Source: Dimorphilus gyrociliatus (Eukaryota > Animalia > Annelida). Taken from it: a stretch of DNA of 64,000 nucleotides. The stretch covers positions 1 through 64,000 of the forward strand of contig CAJFCJ010000092.1 in the NCBI GenBank assembly GCA_904063045.1. The letters run 5' to 3'. Shown here piece by piece: positions 27,845 through 38,770 of the stretch. Under the pieces are notes generated by a model. It did not search any database. It was given only the letters and a program-made list of their open reading frames with translations, and was not told where the DNA came from. How positions within the stretch are numbered: the first letter of the stretch is position 1; the number at the start of each line of letters is the position of its first letter. The translations under genes were made by a program, and so were the position numbers.

Positions 27845-28054
27845 CTAATAAGCGAATATAAATATCATTATCAATACAATAAGTTTAGTAAACATAAATA
27901 ATAATAGAATACAGCAACATGCCACCTTTCTATATCTTTTACAGAATGAGGATTTTGATTGGTTTTGCAGTCTTGTTTCGTTTTCTAAATTATGCGTATA
28001 GCCAGAATTATTGAATGGTTCCACTAAGACTCTACTTTCCACAACTTGACACTG
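27845..28054 (-). CDS. Possible exon of a small single-pass membrane protein
   Basis: Polypyrimidine acceptor (ttttaaacag) followed by an open frame ending RYRKVACCCILLLFMFTKLIVLIMIFIFAY. No family recognised. Confidence 0.2.
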   Translation of the reverse strand, partial: QCQVVESRVLVEPFNNSGYTHNLENETRLQNQSKSSFCKRYRKVACCCILLLFMFTKLIVLIMIFIFAY

Positions 28055-28545
28055 TTTAAAAAAAAACAAAGAAAACCTTACTGTTGTTAGGAAATCTTAG
28101 TTGGAAGAGTTGTAAGGGAACAGGACAGAAATTTATTGATTTTGATTCTTTTCTTTCTTATAGTCATAAACCCATCCTCTGACCCTTATCTGACAGTTTT
28201 TCCTTATTAACTGTCTTATTTTAGATACGAAGACGTTGAAACACTAAATAGAATATTTTTAAATGTTTTATCTTGTCTTACCTCGCCCATTTCTCTTTCG
28301 ACATCTCTTATATGCTAATTGGAAAAAGGATAAATAGTTGTTTCCCACTTTCCCGCTAGGTGTAGTCTAGAGTACATTAACGTAAAATCAATAATTTTCC
28401 GATTTTGGCTAGAAAAACTGTATTTATGTATGTTATTGTCAATATTGATTCAACAAGTTTCTAAAGACAAAAAACTTTGTAAAAAAATCATGATATAATC
28501 CATAGTTGAAAATTAATAAGAGTGAAGAATCATGGTGTTTTTCTC

Positions 28546-29463
28546 CTAAGTAATATTGGTAGTTGATATAGGAATAATTGTACTTTTAAAAGTGAATGTT
28601 TTCTTTATAAGGACTCTGACTTCAGCACAACTGATGAGTATTACAAATGAATTTAATACAGGTGGGCATATTATGATTATTTCCATAATTATAGAAATTC
28701 CATAACTGACAGATTTTAAATTTGAAGATAATTTTCTCAAACAAATTATGTAGGCCATCCATAAAAATGCAACTAAGAATAATTGAAATAATGTAATTTT
28801 AGCTGATTTCGAAACTGATTGACATTTATTCGTTTGACTTTCCATTGATCTGGTGTGTTTTCTAGCCACTTTTAATACCAGAAAATAAAATATTAGACAA
28901 GGTATTATGGGTGCAAAAGAAAATCCATAAAAGGTAAAAATAGGTAAGGTTTCTATTGATATTAAACCAAAACATATTGAATTTTTATCAGCTGAAATAA
29001 TTGGAATAGATGAAATGAAAACAGATAATAAATTCACAAATATCAACGCTATCATCCTTATCTTTGTAGTACAGTAATTATAATATTTAAATGGATAGGA
29101 TATAGAGAGATATCTACTGACGAATAGGCCCAAAAAATTCAATTGAGATTGAGTGTTCATTGAACCAGGAACGAAAATAATTAAAGCACACATTATGGGT
29201 GTCATTTGAATAACATAACCAGCATCCGTACTGATATTGATAAAGAAAAACCACAATACAAGTAAAATATTATTTACAGAAAGAGGCAGGATGAAATGTC
29301 CGAAAGATGACCTCGCAGATTGTGATTTTACAAAGAAGAAGATAACTGTAGAAGATAAGAAAAACCCGAATATAAGTTGCAAATAAATGATTATTTTTAA
29401 TAAAACAAGTTCCGAATGGGTAATATCGTAGTCAATACGAAAACCCATATTTGAAGAATTCAT
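28546..29463 (-). CDS. Intronless orphan rhodopsin-like GPCR (chemoreceptor-like)
   Basis: Seven hydrophobic segments, N-terminal NSS glycosylation site, TM3 C and SRYLSISYPFKY (DRY variant), LKVARKH, TM7 PPVLNSFVI. Start taken as M35 of the track ORF. Confidence 0.8.
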   Translation of the reverse strand: MNSSNMGFRIDYDITHSELVLLKIIIYLQLIFGFFLSSTVIFFFVKSQSARSSFGHFILPLSVNNILLVLWFFFINISTDAGYVIQMTPIMCALIIFVPGSMNTQSQLNFLGLFVSRYLSISYPFKYYNYCTTKIRMIALIFVNLLSVFISSIPIISADKNSICFGLISIETLPIFTFYGFSFAPIIPCLIFYFLVLKVARKHTRSMESQTNKCQSVSKSAKITLFQLFLVAFLWMAYIICLRKLSSNLKSVSYGISIIMEIIIICPPVLNSFVILISCAEVRVLIKKTFTFKSTIIPISTTNIT

Positions 29464-29561
29464 TATATATTTTCTTGATTTTTCTTTTCCGTTTCTAAAT
29501 TTCTGTTGCAGTTTCTGTGGGTTTCTCTCTCTGCAATATGAATAAGAGTAGTAAAGCAAGT

Positions 29562-29984
29562 TCATCTGGTAACTATAACTAATATTTTATGTAAATTATT
29601 TATCGTCACTTTTATCATTAAGCATCCAAGAAGTAATACAATAATGTGATTGAAGAGAGTGCTTGAAACTAAAAGTTCATTGTTCCATTGTAAACAATAC
29701 CCTATATAAATATATAAAATATATTGCAATAGGCCTATAAGACTAGCTAGCAAATTGGGAACACTTTCTAGAATATTACTCTAAATGCAATGCACAACCT
29801 AATCCAGCATGCAATTGTACCTTTGAATTATTCTGCATGTAACAGTGATGTAAACAGCAGCAATCTGTGCTTTTGAAGGTACTATTGTTAATTGTATAAT
29901 GCTGTCATTTGCTATGAGTATAACATTTGTTTCTGTATAAGCAAGTAAAATAAAACAAAAGACCCTGCTATATAAATAGATCAC
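29562..29984 (-). pseudogene. Decayed hydrophobic ORF upstream of the GPCR
   Basis: Track ORFs 29799-29984 and 29562-29753 are in the same frame, separated only by two TAG codons; both are hydrophobic. Could be chance in T-rich DNA. Confidence 0.2.
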
Positions 29985-30189
29985 TTGATATAAAGTTATA
30001 AGTCTTTGAAAGAGTAATTACGATGTTTATTTACAATACTGGCAAGTTAAAAACAAGTAAAATGGTGAGAGACAATCATCATTTTATCTGACAAGGAGGA
30101 CACGGTTTTCAACAGTGTATAATGATCAAATTTTGGCAAAATAGTCTTGCTAATTATGTATCTTAAAATTCAAATTACGTATAAACTTT

Positions 30190-31231
30190 TTATTTGTTTT
30201 TAGTCTTGACAAAACTGTAGAAATTTTCTCCATTTTCCTTGATATAATCAACAGTTGCAGTCTGTTTTGTTAGAGTAACGGCGACGAAAGCGTTATAACG
30301 ATTATACATTTCTAATGTTGCATTCCATTTCTTTAATTCTTCGAGATGGTCAGGTATTTGAATAGTTGGAATTTGGCCACCTCCACCACTTCCTATATAG
30401 TCTACTGGATCAGTGATGGGACCTTTAAGATGTTGCATAACGTGATCGTGTCCAAAGATGTAGAAATCAACGTTATTTTCAATTAAGATAGGTCTCATAT
30501 CGTTGATCAATTCAATATGATTACCGTGAAAAGATGTTGAAAAAATAGGATGATGAGCGGCTACAATATTCCAGTCAGCTTTACTATCTGATAAAGTTGA
30601 GTTTAAAAATATCAATTGTTCTTGTTTATTTGATGTAAATAGCATAAACTCTGTGTCAACAATTACAAATAAAACTTCCAGACTGTTAACCTTCTTTGTA
30701 AAGGAATAAAAGAATTTTGGAATATTCCAAAGAGGTTCAACTTGACTAAAATCAACTTGATTCTTCCCATTGTCCAAATAATGATCGTGGTTTCCAAGTA
30801 CAATTTGCCATTCAACCCTTAAAGATTGATATGGTTTTATATATACCTGAAATTAATAATGATTAATTCATAGCCAATAATTTTGCAAACTCTTTATACA
30901 AACATCTCTCCATTTTGTATCAAATTGAGGATCTGTAACATTATATGCTCCAACTGGATAAAAATTATCTCCTAATGTTAGAATAAAATCCAGACTATTT
31001 CCATTTGCCCAATTAGCCATACTGTGAGCAACTTCTAATTGGCCATTTAATTCGCCAGGTTCTCTATCAACACCCCAATCGCCAATAGTAATGAATTGCA
31101 GTACATCTTCACTACAGTAAATGGATTGTAGAGCAATAACAATTGTTAACAATTTAAAACTGTGAAAAGAGAGAAAAGTTGAGAGAATAAAATTTTGAGC
31201 AATGAAAATATTTTCACTCCAACCTGATCAT
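30190..31231 (-). CDS. ACP5: Secreted tartrate-resistant / purple acid phosphatase (ACP5-like)
   Basis: Metal-binding motifs GDWG, GDNFY, LGNHD, AAHHP, GHDH. Micro first exon ATG ATC AG (ATG 31231) splices to give signal MISFKLLTIVIALQSIYC. Confidence 0.9.
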
Positions 31232-32744
31232 ATTCTAGATGAAGTAATTATATTATTATACAAGAGAGTATTTATGTTTATTTTTATATAGTTCAAATTA
31301 TCTATAAATACATTATCTTCTCAGCTGTTCATTCCCAGAATATGTCAAATTAACTACTACAAATGAAAAGATTTTTGAGTCATATCATCTTTAACTATAG
31401 TGCATAAATATCTGCTCAAATGTTTATTATTAATCACCGAAAAGTTAACTATAGGTCTAATATATTATGCCTATTACCTGTCCTGCCAGTTACTACTTTT
31501 TCAATTGGTATAAATACGAATTAAAAGGATGTCATAAAAAACGTCGACAAATTAATACTTTCACCCCTAACCCTAAGCTAACCCTCGTGTTTGCCTAACA
31601 ATTTTCCGTCACACTAACCCTCAGCTTAAATCTAAATTAAAACGGAAATATGACAAATTTGCTTATAACATTTTTTCGATATCTAGAGAAAAAAAAAGAC
31701 TAGAATTCAATTGTTCAAACAAAACTGTCTTTATAATGAAGTGTAGACCTCTTAGAAAAACTATTTGTCTACCACAACAGATTGTTTAGGTTGCAATCAA
31801 AAAAATTCTCCCATCGTATCCCAATTAACAGTTTTAAAAATAGATTAAAAAGCTACTCTGAATGTAATATGCAGTATTTCACTTTATATAGAAACACCTT
31901 TCTCCCAATGTTAGAAAGAGAATTTTCTTTAGTTGTGTATATTAGAATGGGAGGCTATGAGAAAAGAGCAAGCTATATATATTTATAGTAAAGAACTGTT
32001 AAGAATTTTGCTTAAGGGCTAAATTTTCTTTTAAATCTAAATGGAAAAAGAGCTGAAAATAGACTTTCTGTCTTTTTGAATAGTCTCGTTTTGTATTATT
32101 AAGCTAAAAACCTCTAATGGACACTTTTCTGTTGGAACAAACATAATATTTCTACAATTTCGATAATATAAATAAAGTAAACAGACAGAAAAGGATATAA
32201 AAGGTTGGTAAACAGGATTTTTCAGAATTAATATTGATAGATTATTTTAAGAACAATTTCTTAATTTTTTTAGAAAGTTAAGAGTTGACATTAAATTATT
32301 GGGAATAATTATAAAATCAAAAAGTTTTCATTGTTTTTATGATGTGAAAGGAATGTTCTTTTCTTTAGAAAAATTCAAAACAACAACAACTTGAATATTG
32401 TAAATTCAATATAAACAATTTTTTTGGTATAGAAATCTGATCAATATTACTATAAAAATATTTATTCTAAATTACTTGGCAACGTGTGGTTTATTGACAT
32501 TTTGAAGTCTGCGACTCAATTTGCGACTGCTCAATTGCAAGTTAACAATTTATATTTATGTTTAAATGTTCTTTAAAATAGTTTATTTTTACTATTTCAA
32601 TCAATCATTACTACCAGTTTATACTTTTTGGAAACCATTCTACAGGTGAGAATTTTTACAAACAAGACAAACATTTCTATTTGAATTCTAAAGTGGATTT
32701 TCTATTATCGTTTTAGCGAATTATAATATGAAATATTAATAATA

Positions 32745-35700
32745 ATGGATTTTGAAAAATTAAAAAAACTTTCAAGTTTAATAGAAAACTCTTGGACTAA
32801 TATAATCAATGATAGAAAAAAATATGTTTTGGAGCAGTTTGAAACTAATCAAATATTTCGGGAATGTAAAACTTCAAGAAATATTAATAATATATTCACA
32901 CCTGTTCAATTAACGCCTTGTCAAACTTTTATAGATAATATAGATTTTAGCAATATTAAAAACTTTCAAGAGATATTCATTGATGGAGGAGAAAGAATTT
33001 TAATCTGTGGAGATGCTGGAATAGGTAAAACTTATCATTCAATGAAAATGCTGTATACATGGGCTTGTGAGGAAAACTTTCTCAATGATTATCTTCTCTT
33101 GTATGTCAAACTAGGAGATATAGAGAACAATGTACAATTTGAAAATGTTCTATTTGCAAATAATTTTAAAACAGGTTCATTATTGAGTGGTGATCTTTTA
33201 AAATATTTTCTCACCTATGAACATATGAGTACCAGAGTTAAAATTCTATTATTGTTTGATGGAGGCGATGAACTAAAACTTGAACATTCAACATTCAATT
33301 TAATGTTACAAAATAAAATACATTTAAACTGTCCAATAATTGTTTGGTCAAGAAATATAGCGAAAATAACAGAATTTTCATTTACTTATAATTATGTATT
33401 AAATATTCAAGGATTCCATCAGCGTCACTTGAAAAATTATTTCCATAACTTTTTCAAGCAGTCTCCGGCGTCACTCTCTCAGACTAACGGAAATTTTCAA
33501 TGTTTAATGAATGGCAATGTTGAAAATGTTGAAAATATTGAAAAATCAGAAAGTTTATTTAAATTTTTAACTACAAAAAAGAAAGAACTATTCAAGTTGT
33601 GTAATAATCCATCAATGGCTTGTATAATTGCTGGTCTATGGCAAGAAAATCAATTGGAAATGACACTAGATGAATATACTATATATGAGAATATAATGCA
33701 AATTTTCCTCTCTAAAAGGGGTATACATTATGAAAGTGAAACTTACAAAGAAATTTTAGATTATTCATCTAAAATTGCTTTTGAAAATTTACTTTATAAT
33801 AAAAAAATTATAGAGAATCATATTATAGAAAGATCAGATTGTATAGGTGGAATTCTGAAACCTTTTAATTCAAGATCAACATGCACAAATCATCTTTATG
33901 AATTCACATTTATACATTTCTTATTTAAAGATTTTCTAGCAGCAAGATATATTATTGGTCAATATGAATTTTTCAAAAATCATTGCCAAAAGATTCACTC
34001 AATAGAGGAGGCTTTTGCTGATTTTAAAAATCTATTCCTATTAAAATATGCTTTGGATTTGATTCAGGAAACTAATTTGGAGATATTTAATGCTATTGCT
34101 AAAGATAGGAAAGAAATTTTTGCAGTATTGGAAACTGATGAACAAATTATTCAAGTTATTAAAAGTAGAGATTCGCAATTGGTTCAACTTGAAAAGATAA
34201 CATTAGAATTGACCTTATTTCAAGTTATCCTTGATCATTATCAATACAACATTACAGATATACATTTTAAATACGTCAATTTAAATCTACCTTCTTTCAT
34301 GTATCTTTGTAGAAGGTATTTAAAAAACAAGTTGGAATGTTTAAATCTATTTGGTGGTGTTGAAGATTCAACTCCTATTCAACATCTTTACGATTTAATA
34401 TCCGATATGAAACATTTACAAGTTTTAAGCATTGCCAACATCTATTTTGAAGGCTCTGTATATTCACCATTCTATATAGAAACTTATACTCTACAAGAAT
34501 TAACCTTAATTAATTGTAATTTGAAAAACTGTTCATCAAATTTCTTCAATATGAGACTTCAATGCCTGAATAGTTTAAATTTGTCGCATAATCAATTTAC
34601 AGGTATAATTATAATTAATTTTGTATTATACTCAATAATATTCTCTATTCATTTGCTGAACAGATGAAAGTCTCAACAGTCTATTTGAAATGTTAGAAAA
34701 TAGTAGATATTTATTATTTTTAAAGTTGTCACAATGTCCTTCCGTTTCGAATAGAATAGATAAAGTTTTAAAATTTTTACAAACTTCTATGAGAATTTCT
34801 TCATTGAGCTATTCAGAGAATAGAATTCCTGGCCAATATGGTTATAAATTATTCAATATCTTGACTGAAAAATTTACCAATATGACTTGTATACAAATCA
34901 ATAATTGTGCATCGGAATTTGATTCAAATACTTTTAATCATTTTTTGGAAAGAAATAAAAAACTAAAAGTTTTGGAATTAAAAGGAAATTATCTAAAAGA
35001 AAATAACAATCATTCATTTTTAAAAAATCTAATGTTATCCAATTCATTGGCTTATCTATCACTTCCAAAAATTGATAATCGGGAGCAGAACAGCCAAAGT
35101 AATACTTCAATATTTGGTGATGTTGTATCTTTATTAGATTTGCAAGCATTAGATATTGGTGGAAATTCACTTCAAGATGCTTTTATACAAGAATTTTTGA
35201 TAAAAGTCTTAAAAACTTCAGAGAATTTACAATATTTATATTTATATAATTTAGAAACTTTTAAAAAGAAAATAACTTATACATCTCATTATATAAGCAA
35301 TTTTGATGAAAATTTTCAAGTACAAAATCACAAGAATAAACAGGAAACTAATATAAACAATCATTTTTTAAATAGAATAGTACAGTCTCTCGAAAGGAAA
35401 TCTAAATTAACAGAGTTGAATTTGCAGAATAATCCTCTTGGAATTGATCCTGGAAAGAGGTTATTTGAATTTATTATTTACAATTGTCAAGAATTGACTA
35501 TATTATCTTTAAGTGACTGTCAAATTGATCTTAACATTGGACATCTTGTTGGTGAAGCTATTGGAAAGCAAACTAGACTGGTTCAGTTAAATTTACAGAA
35601 TAACCCTCTAGGAACGGCAGTTGGGAGTAGTTTATTTAAATGTATTAAGGAAAATTGTGCACTACTGGAAGAGATATACTTAAGTAATTGCGAATTTGAC

Positions 35701-37779
35701 TCAAATATAGGAAATGTCCTTGGGGAAGCAATTGGAAGACAATTTGGACTCGCAGTACTAGATTTGAGTAAAAATCCGCTAGGAACGGAAGTCGGAAACA
35801 GTCTCTTTGCAAATATTAAGGAAAACTGTACGGAATTAATAGAAATTTACTTGAGCGATTGTCAATTTGATTCCAAGATTGGTAATATTATTGGTGAGGC
35901 AATTGGAAGACAATCTAGGCTGATGGAATTGAACTTACAAAATAATCCTCTTGGAACAACAGTTGGAAAGAGCATATTTGAAAATATTAGGGACAACTGT
36001 ACACAATTGACTGTAATAAGTTTGAGCGATTGTCAATTTGACTCGAATATTGGAGATATTGTTGGTGAAGCAATTGCAAGACAAACTTTGTTGGCTCAAT
36101 TGTATTTGCAGAATAATCCTCTTGGTTCGGCAGTTGGACACAGAATATTTAAAAAAATTAAAGAAAACTGTACAGAATTGGTTGTCATCAATTTAAAAGA
36201 TTGCGAATTCGATTCAAATATTGGTAATATTGTTGGTGAAGCAATTGGAAGGCAACATGCGCTATCTCAATTGTTCTTGTATAAAAATTCTCTTGGATCA
36301 GAGGTTGGAAAGGGGATATTCGAGAATATTAAAAAAAACCTTACACAATTAACACTAATTTGCTTGAACGATTGTAAATTCAACACACACATTGGTTCAA
36401 TTGTTGGTGAAGCAATTGGAAAGCAATCTACTTTAAAAGTGTTGAATTTAGGGAATAATTCTCTTGGAACAGATATTGGCAAATGTTTATTCGAAAATAT
36501 TAAAGAGAATTGTAAAGATTTGGAAATAGTGGGTTTAAGAAATTGCGAATTTGATTCAAATATTGGTGTTATTGTTGGCGAAGCAATTGGAAAACAAACT
36601 AAATTGGTAGAATTAAATTTACAATTCAATTCTCTTGGAACAATTGTTGGAAAGAGTATTTTTGAAAATATTAGAGATAATTGCAGACAATTGACTGCAA
36701 TATGCCTAAGTGATTGCGAATTTGATTCGAATATTGGTACAGTCGTTGGAGAAGCAATTGGAAAACAAAGTAAACTTGCTGAATTGAATTTACAAATTAA
36801 TCCTATTGGAACATTTGTGGGACATGGATTATTCAAAAGTATAAAAGAGAATTGTAGGCAATTGGTAGGAATTTACCTAAGTGATTGCGAATTTGATTCG
36901 AATATTGGTACTGTTGTTGGTGAAGCAGTTGGAAAACAATCTAAACTGAGTAAGTTGAATTTAGAGAGTAATCCTCTTGGACCAATTGTTGGAAAGAGTC
37001 TATTCCAGAACATAAGAGACAATTGCACAGAATTGACTGTAATATGTCTAAGCGATTGTCAATTTAATTCAGAGACAGGCGTTATAATTGGTGAAGCGAT
37101 TGGCAAACAGCCAAATTTAAATATGCTATATTTACAAAATAATCTTCTTGGAACAATAGTTGGAAATAGTATTTTTACAAATATAAAAGATAATTGTCAA
37201 CAATTGAAACTCTTGTATTTAAGCAATTGCGAATTTGATTCGAATATTGGCGTTGTTGTAGGTGAAGCTATTGGAAAGCAATCTAAACTTCACAAATTGA
37301 ATTTACAGAATAATCCTTTTGGAACAATTGTTGGAAAGAGTATATTTGAAAACATTAAAGAGAACTGTACAGAATTAAGAATAATATGTCTAAGTAATTG
37401 TAAATTCGATTCAAATATTGGTACTATTATTGGTGAAGCAATTGGAAAACAACCTAAACTCAATGAATTGGTATTATATGAAAATTCCCTTGGCTCAGCA
37501 GTTGGAAAAAGTATCTTTGAAAATATTGATAATAAATGTAGAGAAATGACTTTAATATGTTTAAGTGATTGCAATTTCGATTCAAATATTGGTATTATTG
37601 TCAGTGAAGCAATTGGAAAACAATCCAAGCTCAATAAATTGTATTTACACAATAATCACTTTGGACCAGCATTTATAGATATGCTATTTCGACATATTAA
37701 TGAAAGATGCTCCAGATTGAATGTGCTATATTTAAGTAAAAGTGAAATTGAGTCGGATACTGAATTTGATTTTATATGA
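32745..37779 (+). CDS. NLR-type receptor 2: NACHT + long regular RI-like LRR array, no recognisable N-terminal effector domain
   Basis: Walker A GDAGIGKT, Walker B LLLFDGGDE, LCNNPSMA, FIHFLFKDFLAARY. Phase-1 intron 34603-34663 (61 bp) joins the two ORFs in frame. 5'UTR intron donor at 32646. Confidence 0.92.
35431..37779 (+). repeat. Coding tandem repeat: 13 complete 171-nt (57-aa = 29+28) LRR units plus a partial 14th
   Basis: Unit starts (Asn codon) at 35431+171n, checked at 35944, 36628, 37312 and 37654; no net indel. Consensus NPLGTxVGKSIFENIKENCxxLxxIxLSDCEFDSNIGxxVGEAIGKQxKLxxLxLQN. Confidence 0.95.
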
Positions 37780-37889
37780 TTTATACATTATCTTCTTTCA
37801 AAGATAACATTTAATTGTCTTGTAGATTATCTATACAATTCAGTAAAGACTAATGTTAATAAAGACGCCATTTTTATGGTGTTACTTAC

Positions 37890-38215
37890 ACTTTTAATAG
37901 TTTTACATTGATTACTCTTATTCAATAAATACTTTCCTTTAAGAATTTAAGATATCTAGATATTTCATTTACACTTATCAGCATTATTAAAGATAACGAT
38001 TTCGATAATATTAAGAAATTACGCATTTTAAAAATGTCAAATTGTGCAATAAGAACAATTGAAATGAAATCAAAATTCAAAACACTTGAATATCTTTACA
38101 TAAACCAATCGAATATTCATTTATAGAATCAAGGATTAAATTGAAAGGTCTTGAAATTTTAAAGAGATTTATGGAGATAAATTCCAAATTTGTTGTCGAA
38201 TATTATTTTGGAGTT
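37890..38215 (+). pseudogene. Relic of an LGR/GRL101-type LRR ectodomain
   Basis: FKNLRYLDISFTLISIIKDNDFDNIKKLRILKMSNCAIRTIE...LEYLYINQSNI, then stops/frameshift and the hinge-like FKEIYGDKFQICC. Confidence 0.45.
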
Positions 38216-38770
38216 TTCGTATTGTAGGCCTAATTGGAAATATAATTTCTTTTTACTTGAACGGACGCCATTTTGTATAACAATAATTTTCTGCATAGTG
38301 TTATCAGCGCTTCCGCTAACTCATAACAAAAGTCCTATATCTATAATAAATTGAATTGAATGATAAAAATGATATTATCCTACTTGGTAATCTTTTTAAT
38401 CAACTTTTATCTGAAAATCATCCATGAAATTGGTGTTTTCTATCCAATTTCTTTTTCATTTTTTTGCATATTCAAACAAAGAAAAATTAGTTTTTAAAAC
38501 AGCACTTTTTATTAATAATTAATAATAAAAATTAAGTGAATATATTTGAATTTTTAATATAGAAATATTTTCAAGCTTATTTTCTAGACAAGAATCATGT
38601 CACATTCTCAGATTGAAGTGTAAAAGTAATGGAAAAAGTGCTTTCAAACTACAATTTTTGAACAGTTAAACGAAATATAACTCGATTTCTTTTTAAATTT
38701 TTAAACAGTGTTCTTTAATCTTTCTGTAAAGATATTTTAGAGTCCAGAGACGGATTAGCAGACTAATGGA

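Noticed and set aside
36267-37652. Antisense ORFs inside NLR2, and similar shadow ORFs such as 306-638, 2989-3228, 9293-9523, 45661-45912, 54802-55182, 55915-56702
   Set aside because: They are reverse-strand shadows of real genes or transposases, with no independent motifs.
35431-37779. CRISPR-like array or diversity-generating-retroelement target
   Set aside because: The repeats are contiguous in-frame coding units without spacers; there is no template repeat, and the only RT fragment in the window is a dead gypsy RT.
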